A stretch of DNA of 64,000 bases, from NCBI RefSeq assembly GCF_963921235.1, contig NC_086097.1:97528001-97592000 (forward strand), written 5' to 3'. Each line of letters begins with the position of its first letter. Within the stretch, counting starts at the first letter, position 1. This DNA comes from Mobula hypostoma (lineage: Eukaryota). This document shows, piece by piece, positions 37,825-50,315 of the stretch. The notes under the pieces are model-generated. The model saw only the letters and a program-made list of their open reading frames with translations, had not been told where the DNA came from and made no database searches. Made by a program: the position numbers and the translations under genes.

Positions 37825-38957
37825 GTAAGTATGAACAGTAACAATAGCATGTACTAAATCTCAGTTGCAGTCATATCTCACAAGCTAAGCTGATTAACAT
37901 GATGCATTGAATTAAGTACCTCTTTTGAGGTAATTCTTATAATCCTTTGGAAAGCAATTGGGGAAGTACTGCAATTCTTTATTAAGGAAACTATCAGAGC
38001 ACACGAAATTGGATTGAGCAGAGTAGTTATCGATTTCTGAAAGCGAAATTACGTTTGGTAAATTGGATTTTTTTTGAGGTTGTGCAGTAAAGAGTAGGTT
38101 GAACCAGTTGATGTGATGTATTTAGACTTTTGCAAAGTTTTGATAAGGAGCCACTTGAGAGTCAGGGATGTCTTGGATCAGGCCCACAGTATTCTAAAGG
38201 GAAGAGGTGAACAGCCGGAAGTTGAAGTACATAATGGTACCCATAACATGGATAGGAAAAGGGAGAGGTCCTGAAGAGAGAATATAGGGAGTTAGGTAGA
38301 ATCTCTGGATTGCTGCCTGTGCCACACATCAGTGAGGGTAAGAATAGGGTGATTTGGCAGTTGAATGTGTGGCTGAGGAGTTGGTGCTGGAGGCAGAATT
38401 TCAGATTTCTGGATCATTGGGATCGCTTCTGGGGAAGGTAAGACCTGTAGAAAAGAACAAAATTATCCTTGTGGATAGGCAGGGGATTGGAACCCCAGTG
38501 ATGGGGCTGAAGATGGAGAAGTTGGTGTACAATTAGATGCAGTGTGTAGTGAGATTGATGAAGGATAGGCAGATGATAGAGCAATATTGCAGTCAGTGGG
38601 ATGAGTTGAAGTATAACGTGGGGGCAAAATCGAAAAGGGTGAGGAATACAGGACTGAAGCTGTTATATGTGAAAACACATAATATCAATAAAGTAGATCA
38701 TCTTGTGTTTGGAGATTTGCAGATATGTTGTGGGCATTACTGAGTTGTGGCTGAAAGAAGGTCATGGTAGGGAGCTTAACATCAAAGGATACATATTGTA
38801 TCAGAAGTAGACAGGTAGGCAGAGGGGGTGGGGTGACTGGTTAAAAACTGAAGTCAAATCCTTAGAAAGAGATGACATAGGATTGTCATCCTTGATGTAG
38901 GACCCTTGTAGGTAGAGTTAAGAAACTGTATGGGCAAAGAGACCCTGATGGGATTAT

Positions 38958-39138
38958 GCACACAAAATGCTAGAGAAACTCAGCAGGTCAGCAGCATGTA
39001 TGGAAAAGAGTACCTCTGAAGGGCCACGGCCCGAAATGTCGACTGTACTCTTTTCCATAGATGTTGCCTGGCCTGAGTTTCTCCAGTATTTTGTTTTTAG
39101 TGCTTGGACTTCCAGGATTTGCAGATTTTCTCTTGTTT
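38958..39138 (+). mobile_element. Short Penelope pLTR insertion with inverted head
   Basis: Imperfect TSD CTGATGGGATTAT (38945-38957) / CTGATGGGAGTTAT (39139-39152). Confidence 0.72.
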
Positions 39139-39237
39139 CTGATGGGAGTTATATACGGGCGTCCAAATAGTAGCCAAGATGTGGGGTACCAATTACAACA
39201 GGAAATAGAAAATGCATGTAAAAAAAGGTAATTTACT

Positions 39238-41443
39238 TCCGGTAGAGCTCATGGAGTGAAGTCGTGTTCTTGACTCGCTCCATTATCTCTGAGTTTTTCT
39301 TCTTATGATCAGCTATATTTTAAATAACCATTAAGGCATCAACTTTTACAATATTTTGAAATAAATTGGGCTCTTTGATAATCGGATGCGTTTAAGGTCA
39401 GCTATGTCTAAGAATGGATAAAACGTGAAGGACAGCAAACCTCCGGTTAGACCGAAAGGTACCAATTTTCCTCCGACTGAACCACCGGTGACTTTGAAAG
39501 CTATATCGGAGCTAATTCAAAGGGAAATTTCAACCTCTATTACGGAACTGATTCGTGAGGAAATTTCAATTAATTTCCAGAAAATTGCCGATTCAATCGA
39601 TAAGATACAAATATGTATTACGGAACATCAGTCGGCTATATCTGATCTTCAAAAATCCACGCAACAAAGTGAGTTTAAGATGGAGAAAATCGAAGAAACA
39701 ATTAATGTAATGAAGAAGAAACTTGACTTTCTGACCTTTAAAAACTCTGACTTAGAATCCAGAATGCGACGGCAGAATCTTCGAATGATTGGGGTGCGTG
39801 AAGCTGTTGAATCTGATAACCCTATGAAGTATTTTTCTCAACTTTTAAAAGATGCATTTCCTACTGTATTTCCTGACCAACCACCGTTATTGGATCGTGT
39901 TCACAGAGTTCCATCACACTCGCTTAGGTCAGATAAACCTCGACGTGTCATCTTACGTTTTCATTACTTTCAAGACAAGGAGAAACCGTTTCGTTTCGTT
40001 CGATCTAAAGGTTATATTGATTTTTTGGATCTTAAGTTCCGATTCGTGGAGGATTTCAGTAAACCAATTCGGGATCAATGGGTTCATTATAGATCTGTGA
40101 TGTCGGAACTCTACAAGATGGATTTAAAACCAGCGCTGCTTTACCCAGCACGTCTAAGGATTCGTACGTTGGATGGAGCCCTCCGTTTTTTTGAATCTCC
40201 ATCGGATGCCCAGAGTTATCTGGATCAATTTTCACCTTCAGCATCTTAATCGTAATTTTTAACTATCTCCGTTTGATCGGAGGTTGTGAATTTGTCAGTC
40301 TTAATTTTTTTTTGCCTTATATGGGCAGAAAAGTTTAGTTTTGATTATTTAATATGGTTGCTAAACTTTCTTTCTATCTGCGTCATTTCTTTCTTTTTCC
40401 CAGGGGATTCTGGGTGGTTATTTCCTCACTGTCATCTCACAGTATTTCCTTTGAGGCCTTAAATTTTGTAGTTTTTTAATCTACTTTGTTTCGTAGGTTT
40501 TCATAACTAGTTTATGTTAATAGTCTTTTTTTGTTTTGTTTACTCATAGGATCTGGGGTTTGTTGCGGTTTTTTTTATATTTTCTGGCTTTTTCTCTGTT
40601 ATATTAAGTGTTTGTTTTAATTGAGTTACCTTTTTTTATTCTTTTACTGTTTTATAATTAGCTGATCTTTTTTATATTTACACTTTTTTTAGGGAGAGTA
40701 TACCGGAAGTCATGGGGGTAGTTTTAGTGCTTGCTTCTTTCTGGCTTGTCTGCGTTAGATTTAGCCTTGGGGTCATCGGGTGGGGGTGGTGGGAGGGGCT
40801 TCACGTTTTAGTTTCTTTCTTCTCGGGCTAACTACACTATTGAAGTATTGGTTGCGTTCTTCTTCCCGGTATCTCTTATTTGTTCTGTTCCCTTTCCGGG
40901 TTCATGGGTCGAGCCTATCGTCAATCCTCCTTGTTGCGGGTTGACTTTAGGGTTTATGGAGTCTATTATTAATTTTGTCTCCTGGAATACTAATGGTCTT
41001 AATCATCCTATTAAAAGGAAAAAAGTTTTTAAAGTGTTCCGGAGACTTAAAGCACAAATTTTATTTTTACAAGAGACCCATGTGCAGAGGGGGGACAGAC
41101 TACATTTTTTTAAATTCTGGAAGGGAGAGGTCGGGATTGAGGACGTGATTTTAAGTTCTTTAACTCTGTTTGGTTCCAAGTTAGCCCATTGCTTTGCTTT
41201 TAGTTAGTTGCACGGTGGGTTTTTTTTTGGGGGGGGGGGGTTTTCCTTTTCTCTATTGATATATATATATAAAAGTTAGTATACTATTATGTTACCTTGG
41301 TACGTTATGTTTAAACTACATTGTTTGTATCATTTTTTTTGTATTAACATCTCCTGTAATTTTATTATATTCTAACAGTGTATTAGTGCCTATATGGCTT
41401 ACATTTTGTATACTTATTCAATAAAAAGATTTAAAAAGAAAGG
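39238..41443 (+). mobile_element. L1-clade element with ORF1, ORF2 start and 3' UTR; most of ORF2 absent
   Basis: 17-bp TSD AAAAAAGGTAATTTACT at 39221-39237 and 41444-41460; ORF2 start MESIINFVSWNTNGLN..LFLQETH at 40957; AATAAA and A-rich tail near 41420. Confidence 0.9.
39386..40249 (+). pseudogene. L1 ORF1p (coiled coil, RRM, CTD) with one early stop
   Basis: ATG at 39386/39404, in-frame TAA at 39419-39421, then about 275 open codons with RRQNLRMIGV, LDRVHR, VEDFS and LLYPARLRI. Confidence 0.85.
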
Positions 41444-44400
41444 AAAAAAGGTAATTTACTATAGTCATGGGGGATTTCAATTTGCAGGTAGACTGGAAAA
41501 ATCAGGTTGGTACTGGATACCAAGAGAATTTGCAGAATGCCTATGAGATAGCTTTTTAGAGTAGCTTGTGGTTGAGCCCACTAGGGGAAAGGCAATTCTG
41601 GGTTAGGCATTGTATAATGAAACAGATTTGGTTAGGGAGTTTAAGGTAAAGGAACCCTTAGGAAGCAGTGATCATAACATGACATACTTCACCCTACAGT
41701 TTGAGAAGGAGAAGCTGAAGTCAGATGTATCAGTATTCCAGTGGAGTAAAGGGAATTACAGAAGCATGAGAGAGGGGCTGGCCAAAATTGTTGATTGGAA
41801 GGGGACACCAGCAGGGATGACAGCAGAACAGCAGTGGCTGGAGTTTCTGGGAGCAATTTGGAAGCTTCAGGATGGATACATCCCAAAGAAGTCATAGTCT
41901 TCTAAAGGGAGGATGACACAACTGTGGCTGTCAAGGGAAGTCAAAGACAGCATAAAAGCAAAAAAGAGGGCATATAATACAGCAAAAGTCAGGGAAGTTA
42001 GAAGGTTGGGAAGCTTTTTAAAAACCAACAGAGGGCAACTAAAAAAGCCGTAAGGAGAGAGAAGATGAAGTATGAAGGTAAGCTAGCCAATAATGAGGAT
42101 ATAAAAAGTTTTTCAGATATGTATGTATATGTGTGTGTGTGTATGTAAAAGAGAGGTGAGAGAGGATATTGGACTGCTGGAAAATGGCACTGTTGAGGTA
42201 GTAATGGGGAGCAAAGAAATGGTGGATGAACCTCGTAAGTATTTTGTGTCAGTCTTGGGTGTGGAAGACATTAGCAGTATACCAGAAGTTTGAGTGTCAG
42301 GCGGAAGTGTGTGCAGTTGCTCATACTAAGGAGAAGAAAGGGTGTTTGGGAAGAAGAAAGATCTGAAGGTACATAAGTCAACTGCACCAGATGGACTACA
42401 CCCCAGGGTTCTGAAAGAGGTAGCTGATCTGATTATCTGGCGGTGACTAGTGGCGTTCCGCAGGGGTCAGTGTTGGCGTTGCTTCGTTTTACATTATATG
42501 TCAATGATTTGGATGATGAAATTGATGGCTTGTGGCCAAGTTTGCGGACGAAGCAAAAATAGGTGGAAGGGCAGTTAGTGTTGAGGAAGCAGGGCATCTG
42601 CAGAAGGACCTAGACGGATTAAGAGAATAGGCAAAGAAATGGCAGATGGAATATAGTATAGGGAGGTGTATGGTCATGCACGTTGATTGAAGGAATAAAG
42701 GTGTAGACTATTTTCTAATCAGGGAGAAAATTCAGAAATCAGAAGTAGGAAGGAACTTCTGAGTCCTCTTGCAGGATTCCCTAAAAGTAAACTTGCATGT
42801 TGAGTTGCTGGTAAGGAAGGAAACATTCATTTCGAGAGGGCTAGAATATAGAAGCAAGGATGTAATTCTGAGACTTTATAAGGCATTGGCCAGACCGCAG
42901 TTGGAATATTGTGAGCAGTTTTTGGTCCCTTATTTAAGAAAAGATGTCATGGTATTAGAGAGGGTCCAGAGAAGATTCACAGGAATGATTCCAGGAATGA
43001 AAGGGTTAACAGATAAGCAGTGTTTGATTGCTCTGTGCCAGTACACATGGGAGTTTAGAAGAGTGAAGAGAGAGTTCATTGAAACATATCAAATATTGAG
43101 AGGCCTAAATAGAGTGGATGTGCAGAGGATATTTCCTATAGAGGGGGAGTCTTGGACCAGAAGGCATAATTTCAGAATACAGGGACATCCATTTAGAACA
43201 AAGAGGAGGCAATTCATTAGCCAGAGGTTAGTGAATTCATTCCAGAATTCATTGCCACAGGCTGCTGTGTCATTGGGCAGAGGTTGGTGTTCCTGATTAG
43301 TCAGGGTGTCAAAGGTTACGGGAGAAGGAAGGAGAATTGGGTTGAGAGGGATAATATATCAACCATGATTGAATGGTGGAGCAGACTAGTTGGGCGAATG
43401 GCCTAATACTTCTATGTCTCATGATCTTGTTAAACACAACCTTTTTTTTTCACTATGGTATCAATTGAATTTAATCAATGAACAACAAAGAAAGGAATTG
43501 TCTTTTTCATGTTGGGAGACTGTAGGGATTGGTACTGGATCAGCATCAGTCTTAATAATTTGGATGTTGGAACGTTTAACAGCAAACTTGGATGTCTTTA
43601 TTGTTCATGTAAGATATATTAAGTTTGCTAATGATTCAAAGCTGCTGGAATATGTTAGAGATGCAGAGCCTTTAAGAAGATCAGGATATGACATGGTGGA
43701 TGGGATTACAGATCTTCCATGATCTTAGTGAATGGCAGAGTAGCTCAGTGGGTCACGTGACCTAGTCCTGCTCCTTTTCAGTATGTTCTTCTGTAAAGGG
43801 TGGGGGGGGGCCAGTAGAACAGCATTATTATCTTTAAATGGTGAATATTGATTCAAGAAATGTGGGCTTTGTAGGCTGAACCAGTATTTGATTCCCATCC
43901 ACCATGCCTTTATGTTCATATTTGTAGGGGCCTGGGAGTCCCTGATCTTGAATCACCACAAATTAACATGCAGGTTCATGAAGCAATAAGGCAGTGTAAG
44001 ATTATTTTGGCCTTCATTGCAGGAGAAAATGAGAACAAGAGTAAAGATGTATTATTTCAATTATATAGGGCTCTGATGAGACCCCATCTGGAGTGTTGTC
44101 TAGTAATTCTGGTCTCCGTACCCAAGGAAAGACATTTTTAAAATGGAGGGAGTGCAGCAAATATTTACCAGATGAATTACTGGATTTGTTGTAAGAGAAG
44201 AGATGTAGCTGAATGGCCTCATAACTTCAGTTTGGAGGAATGTTTCGTAGTAACGTATACGTTTCGTAGTAACACATACGTTTGTAAAATTATAGGGTTT
44301 GACACGATGAGTTTGTTGGCAACTAGGGGGTCCAACCTCAGAAATAAAAGGATTACCAATCAGAATTGAGATAAGATGGTGGTGAATTTTTGGAGACTCA

Positions 44401-45445
44401 CTTGCTGAGTATATCCAATGTGAAATGTAACCACCAGAGTACAAAGGAGGCTGATGTTCCCTATGTTCAAACCAGACTAAGGGGCCAAATACCCTATCCT
44501 TACTTCCACTTCGTTATGTTGTTAAAGATGGTAGTATGCTTAAGGGAAGAGAGGGAATAGAAACTGCTGTCTGCAAGGAAACTAGTAGAGAATGTAACTC
44601 ACTGTGCAAACTTAATATTTCAGGAACACAGTTCTCTGATTACTAAAATGTTTAATTTTGTTCTCTTCCAAAAACTTTTTGTCAGAGTTGAGGACTACCC
44701 TAGGGTTAGCAGGTACTAGGGCAGGCTTGACTCCATGCTGCCTCCCAGGACCCTGGGTTATTACTGCTTCCCTCTGCTATCCCCAAGTCTGATTTTAGCA
44801 CATTGCTCAAAGGGGGAGGGCAAGATTAGGCAATGCTGCCACCTCTGGAGCGAGGAGGTATATGGAGGGAATTGCAGAGATTAGATAGCTGATGAATGTC
44901 TGTCTCAGATATAGTTAGAACACGGAACAGTACAACACAGGAATAGGCCTTTCAGTCTATAATGTAATGTCTGTGCTGAGCATGATGCTAAATTAAACTA
45001 AATTTCTTTTGCTTGTACATAATTACAAATATTCCTCAATTCCCTACATGTTCCTGCATATTTCCAGCCTTTTAAATGTCACCAAAGTATCTGCTTCCAC
45101 CATTCTCTCCCCCCTCCCTCCCACCCCCAAAGCAAGCCATTGCAGGCACCTACCCATTTTCTTTATAAACAAAAACACCTTGCTCTACGCACCTCCATTA
45201 AATTTCTGCCTCTAATTGCTGGAGGAAGCCCACTTCATAGAGGTTCATTGGATTAGGGAAGATGATGTATTTGAAACCAGGGTAATTCTTTGACAGAGTG
45301 GGGCTATTGAATCCTGGTATAAGTTCATCGGTACTTCATGTTTCTGTAGGCACTCATGACTTTATTCAGCAATGTTTTAAGATTTTTGTGGCGCTCTTTG
45401 GTCTGCATAACAAATCACATAACTGTAACCTCTTCTTTGTTCTAG

Positions 45446-45539
45446 GCCTCGTTTGGGAGCTATGCTGCACAGGGTCATTGGTGTCGGCATCCTGTATTTA
45501 ATTTTCTCAGCAATAGAAGGCAATCTTCGAGTTACTGAA
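45446..45539 (+). CDS. TMEM87A: TMEM87A exon 11 ([31 protein letters not shown])
   Basis: ttctag| ... GAA|gtaagt (U2 donor), 94 nt, ends in phase 0. Confidence 0.95.
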
Positions 45540-46059
45540 GTAAGTAGCAGAAGTTCAAGGAGCTAGCCCATTGAGAGAAGATACCACAGGTTCTGCTGAA
45601 GTGTGTTAAACTATTTTCCTTATCCAAAAGAACAATCATTGATTTAATTTTTCAGTGTTCTTGGTTACTCTTGTCTGTGTGATAACTTCATTATTACTGT
45701 TGTTAGGCCCTCTGAGCCAATTGCTCAGTTTTCTCTCAGACGTTGCTAAATCAGAGATTACTAAGCAATGTCCTCACCAGGCACTATGCTGTGTGTGTTC
45801 TTTTAATATTTGCAGCATTGCACTTGCTGTGCAAATCAAACATCTGGGTGATTGGGGTTTTTTAAGTCAATTTTGCCCTCAGTTGCTTTATTAGTAACCC
45901 GTATGATGTGATGTAGGATGGCAACCATAGAGACATATAGAATGGAAACAAGCTGTTCAGCATACCAAGTACACGTTGACCAGCAGCCACCCACTTACAG
46001 TAATCCTCCATCATGATAGTTCAAAGATTTGGATAAGGGTATTGATAGGAGCGACAGAT

Positions 46060-46676
46060 CATAAACACAAGATTCTGCTGATACTGAAAATCCAGAGCAA
46101 CACACACAAAATGCTGGAGGGGCTCAGCAGGTCAGGCAGCATCCGTGAAGATGAATAAACAGTCAACGTTTCGGGTCGAGACCCTTCCTCGGGGCTGGAA
46201 AGAAAGGGGGAAGACATCAGAATAAAAAGGTGGGGGGAGAAGAGGGATAGTTAGACGGTGATTGGTGAAACCAGGCGCATGGGAATGTAACAAAACAGGG
46301 CGGGTTTTAGTTAAACTGAGAAAGAGTAGAGGTGAAGTGTACCTACCAACATGGAATGATAGACCCAAAGGCCAGTTTGTCATGTTTTGACCAGCAATAT
46401 AGTGTTCAGTAGATCCCTGATGGTGAAGATTCGACATTCATTCCACTACAGCTTATCTTTCCCAGCCACCTGGCTTCACCTATCGCCTTCTAACTGTACT
46501 CCGTCCCTCCTCTTCTCCCCCCCCCCCCACTCCACCGCACCTTTTTAATCTGATGTCTCTTCCACCCCTTCCTTTCCAATCCTAATGAAGGGTCTCAGCT
46601 TGAAACGTTGACTGTTTATTCATCCCCATAGATGCTGCCTTACCTGCTGAGTTCCTCCAGCATTTTGTGTGTGTTG
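46060..46676. mobile_element. Inverted Penelope pLTR pair enclosing a captured copy of local intron sequence
   Basis: Minus-strand pLTR at about 46060-46280, plus-strand pLTR at about 46450-46676, both with mutated hammerhead cores; the middle (46289-46446) is the reverse complement of 47325-47482. Confidence 0.8.
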
Positions 46677-47282
46677 GTTAGGAGAGATTTAGATGGACAT
46701 GGTCCAAACGTGACCAAATGGGGTAGGTTGGGAAGGGTAACTTGGGCCAAAAGGCCTGTTCCCATGTTGTATTATTCTGACTCTGTATTAATCTAATTTT
46801 TTAAATCTATCTACGTTCTCATCAGTCCCTTTCCACCCCCTCTCCTATAGATTCTATACGATAGGAAAATTTAAGCGGCCAAATGATGAACCAACCCACA
46901 TTTTTAAGATGTGGGAATAAACTAAAGAAACCAGCTGAAACCCGATCAGTCAGAAGCACACAGACAACACTGGAGGTCAAGAATGAACCTGGGTCTCTGG
47001 TGCTAAGAGGTTTTGGCTCTCCCAGCTGTGCCACTGTGACAGAAGGAAAACAGGGTCCTCACCAACCCATTTACACTCATCCCAATTTCTGTTTTTACTC
47101 TTGTCTATATTCCCACCCTGGTGATTCTGCAACTCTCACACTAGGGGCAAATTACAGCAGTCAGTTAACCTACCAGCTTGTGCCTTTGCAACACAGGAAG
47201 AAACTGGTGCATCAGGGGGATACCTGTGGAGTCACTCACAGTGTATACAAGCTGTGCCCTGAACTTTAGCAAGCGCTCATGT

Positions 47283-47333
47283 TTCCCTGACTGAGAATCA
47301 AACACGAGCTGCAGTGGTGAGGATGTGGAATAA
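47283..47333 (-). pseudogene. Decayed tRNA-Glu-like 3' half (or tRNA-derived SINE head)
   Basis: Minus strand ATTCCACATCCTCACCACTGCAGCTCGTGTTTGATTCTCAGTCAGGGAA resembles the vertebrate tRNA-Glu(CTC) 3' portion. Confidence 0.5.
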
Positions 47334-47492
47334 GTGTTGCATCCTCACCATCAGCGATCTACTGAACACTTTATTGCTGGTCAAAAAATGACAAACTGGC
47401 CTTTGGGTCCATCATTCCATGTTGGTAGGTACACTTCACTTCTAATCTTTCTCAGTTTAACTAAAATTGGCCCTGTTTTGTTCCTGATTTAG

Positions 47493-47564
47493 GCCCCACT
47501 TGTTACCTTGGCTCTTATAGGGAACATCAGCCTTTCAATCATCGACTCATGTATACTCTGGTGG
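47493..47564 (+). CDS. TMEM87A: TMEM87A alternative exon 12a (APLVTLALIGNISLSIIDSCILWW)
   Basis: tttag| acceptor, 72 nt open hydrophobic frame homologous to exon 12b, followed by U12 donor ATATCCTTT at 47565-47573. Confidence 0.85.
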
Positions 47565-48871
47565 ATATCCTTTATATTATACTCAAATATATTGGCTTTT
47601 CTTTTTGTTACATTGATTCTTCTCTTTAAACCCAGTTGTGATTTGCACCCACATGGGAGAAAATCGGTGCTATTGAGTTCTGTTGTTCTTATCCATTTAT
47701 TTTCTATTTGCAATTGGCTGCTAATTAAAGCAGTGAATAGCTGCAGTAAATAAACTGGAAAGACCTAAATTGGATTATTAGTTAATCTAATTGTGGTAGG
47801 ATTTTTAGAATAGGTTTTAGTGCTAGAAGGTTTGAAAATGTTTGAGTTCTGATCCTTATTTGATTTGTTGGGGTACGTGATCAGGTTCTCTTGAGTTTCT
47901 TTCCACGGCTGAATCTTGCCTCATTTACCACATGAATCCTAAACACTTGGATGAGGCAGCAGAAGCCAATTACATCTGTAGAACCATTATCCTGCTAGCT
48001 TCAGGAGAAACATGGAAGCATGTTACGAAGCTGAATGAAGCACTTGAATCTCAAATCACTGTAGATGACGGAAACCTAAAAGAGTCAACATTTTGGAAGG
48101 GGAAAGTTTGTCAGAAATGGAAAGGAGAAAATGCAGGGTAGTTTCAAGATTGACAGAGATAGGACAAAAGGAATATTCTGATGCAATGAGTGATTGAAAT
48201 TAGAGCTATAAGGCATTTCGTCTTGAGGAAGAAAGCTCGGATTGTTGCAGCAGGGTGCGGGTTAGACATTTGCTGTCAGTGGCTGTCGAATTATGAATTC
48301 TGCCAATAAAGGATGGAAAGTCTGATGGAAGCTACAAAGCTCTTGACTAACTGCTTATTTTCTGGAATGCTGGTGGAAAATAAATGAAAGACGTTGACAA
48401 ATCCTGATCTTTAATACACTTGAGAGCAGAAACAAAATGGGTACAGTTTCTGCTGACTGGTGAGTTGGTATCTGCCATATAAACAGCTGTTGAATCTGTG
48501 ATTCCATGGGCTGGCTTTCTGATTCTGATTCTAAATGGATGTTGGCCATATTCAACGGAACACGGTTTCCATTGCGGAGTAGTCTGTGTTATGTGATGTT
48601 CGCTTTGCTGCCTGTGAGAATCATGATTTAAAATCAATTTTAATTACTTCAACCCAAATTGTCCATCACCAGTAAAATAGAAACACTTGGATGTCAATGC
48701 GTTGAAGTTAATTGTAGACCCAAGCTAATACAATGATTCTCACAGTTCAGTCAACACATCCCACTGCTGCTTCATTATGAATTCCTAATGAAACTGGAAG
48801 TCATTATTTTCTTTCTCTCTCTTTCTTTCTTTCTCTATTTCACCTGATGCTATCCTTTCCTTCTTTTTCAG

Positions 48872-48940
48872 GAGAATTTCGACCTGGCCCTTCTGGCTTT
48901 TATCCCTCTGGCTGTTCTCGACACTGCTCTCTGCTGGTGG
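48872..48940 (+). CDS. TMEM87A: TMEM87A alternative exon 12b (ENFDLALLAFIPLAVLDTALCWW)
   Basis: ttctttttcag| acceptor, 69 nt, matches human AQTDLASLAFIPLAFLDTALCWW; U12 donor ATATCCTTT at 48941-48949. Confidence 0.95.
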
Positions 48941-50315
48941 ATATCCTTTCGGGATCTGTTTTTTTTCCAGCAAAAAGGATTTTCTGACCTGTTTTCTATT
49001 TATTCCTTGATCAAGAATGGAATATTTTGACAAAATCTGCTTTCTAAGCATATAGTTTATAAACCCTTGGATTTAATCTTTCCCTTTTTTTTGTTTTGGA
49101 AGTGGCTATGAAATTGGGGTTAATCCATCCGAATTTGGGTTTAGTAGTAGAATAGTTTCACAAGTGTACTTAACAAAAGATCTAGTTTGTATATGTGGTT
49201 TGAGAAGGATTTGGCAAAATGATTACGTTCTCAGTCACAACTCTGGAGTATCACAACCCAACCCAACCATGGCAAATAATCCAGGCTTTAAGCCTGAGGG
49301 CATAAATTTTGTAATGTCCAACACTAATCTAATGCATGTAGATGATTTCAGTTAGCCTAATTGGACAAGTTACAGAGACCTTGCCATACTTCAGCAACCA
49401 TGTTCACTGAGTGAAGTCAGCTTTTGCAAGAATCTGTTCAGCATTGAGCGGGGAACAATGTCATTTGGGAGATGAATGCACCGTACATACAGTAGATGTG
49501 ATGGTGTTTAGCAGTCACTATCACGACCTGAAATTTGGGAATTGGTTTATTGTTGTCACATGTATTAAGGTACAGTGAAAAGGTTGTACAGATCAAATCA
49601 TTACACAGTGCATTGAGGTAAAACAATAGCACATTGCAGAATAACATGCAATAGCTGCCTAGAAAGTGCTGTGCAGTGAGATGAGAAGGTGCAAGACCAT
49701 AATAAGATAGACTGTGAGGTCAAGAATCCATCTTGTCTTACTAGAGAACTATTCGATAGTCTTACAATACCAGCATAGAAGTTGTCCTTGAGCCTGGTGG
49801 TACATGCTTTCAAGCTTTTATATGTTCTGCCTGATAGGATGCGGGGGGGTGGGGGGGGAGGCGGGATGGTGGAGAAGAGAGAATGTCTGGGGTGAGTGGA
49901 GTCTTTGATTATGCTGGCTTCCTTACAGAGGCAGCGAGGAGTGTCGCTTATGGTTCCTGTGATGTGCTGAGTTGTATCTGCAACTCAGTGCAATTTCTTC
50001 ACAGGTAGAGCAATTACCATGCCAAGCCCTGATGCATCTGGATAGGATGCTTTCTATGGTCCATTGACAAAAATTGGTAAGGATCAACGAGGATTTGCTG
50101 AATTTCTTTATCCTCCTGAGGATCTAGAGGCTTTGGTAGGCTTTCATGACTCTGGACAGTTTTTGTTTGGAAATCAAGTTGAGCAAGGTGATGCACAATT
50201 GCTGTTGTACTGTTCTTTAACCTTAGACCTGATTTATATCTCTGAATTTATTTCCATGTGTGACACACTTGATGCTCCATTTTATGTTCCATCTGTTTTC
50301 TTTAACCATTGACAC
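48941..50315 (+). other. U12-type (minor spliceosome) AT-AC intron; 47565-50315 when exon 12a is used
   Basis: 5' ATATCCTTT; branch site TTCTTTAAC at 50298-50306 (one mismatch to TTCCTTAAC); terminal AC at 50314-50315; joining restores [13 protein letters not shown]. Confidence 0.93.
49530..50150 (-). mobile_element. Old Rex1/L2-like LINE 3' remnant
   Basis: KACTTRLKDNFY motif and degenerate RT C-terminal sequence. Confidence 0.55.

Larger units (their letters stand above)
38160..43430 (+). mobile_element. Decayed CR1 LINE carrying nested Penelope (38958-39138) and L1 (39238-41443) insertions
   Basis: ORF1 esterase remnant, EN motifs (EPLGSSDHN) and RT C-terminus (LYKALARPQLEYC); colinear with 52310-55620 on both sides of the inserts. 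Confidence 0.85.

Noticed and set aside
39425..40249. Domesticated L1TD1-like host gene
   Set aside because: It lies within a TSD-flanked L1 insertion and has a stop between the ATG and the open frame.
44242..44283. 19-bp tandem duplication GTTTCGTAGTAAC(G/A)(T/C)ATAC
   Set aside because: Two units only, inside a decayed CR1 fragment; simple slippage.
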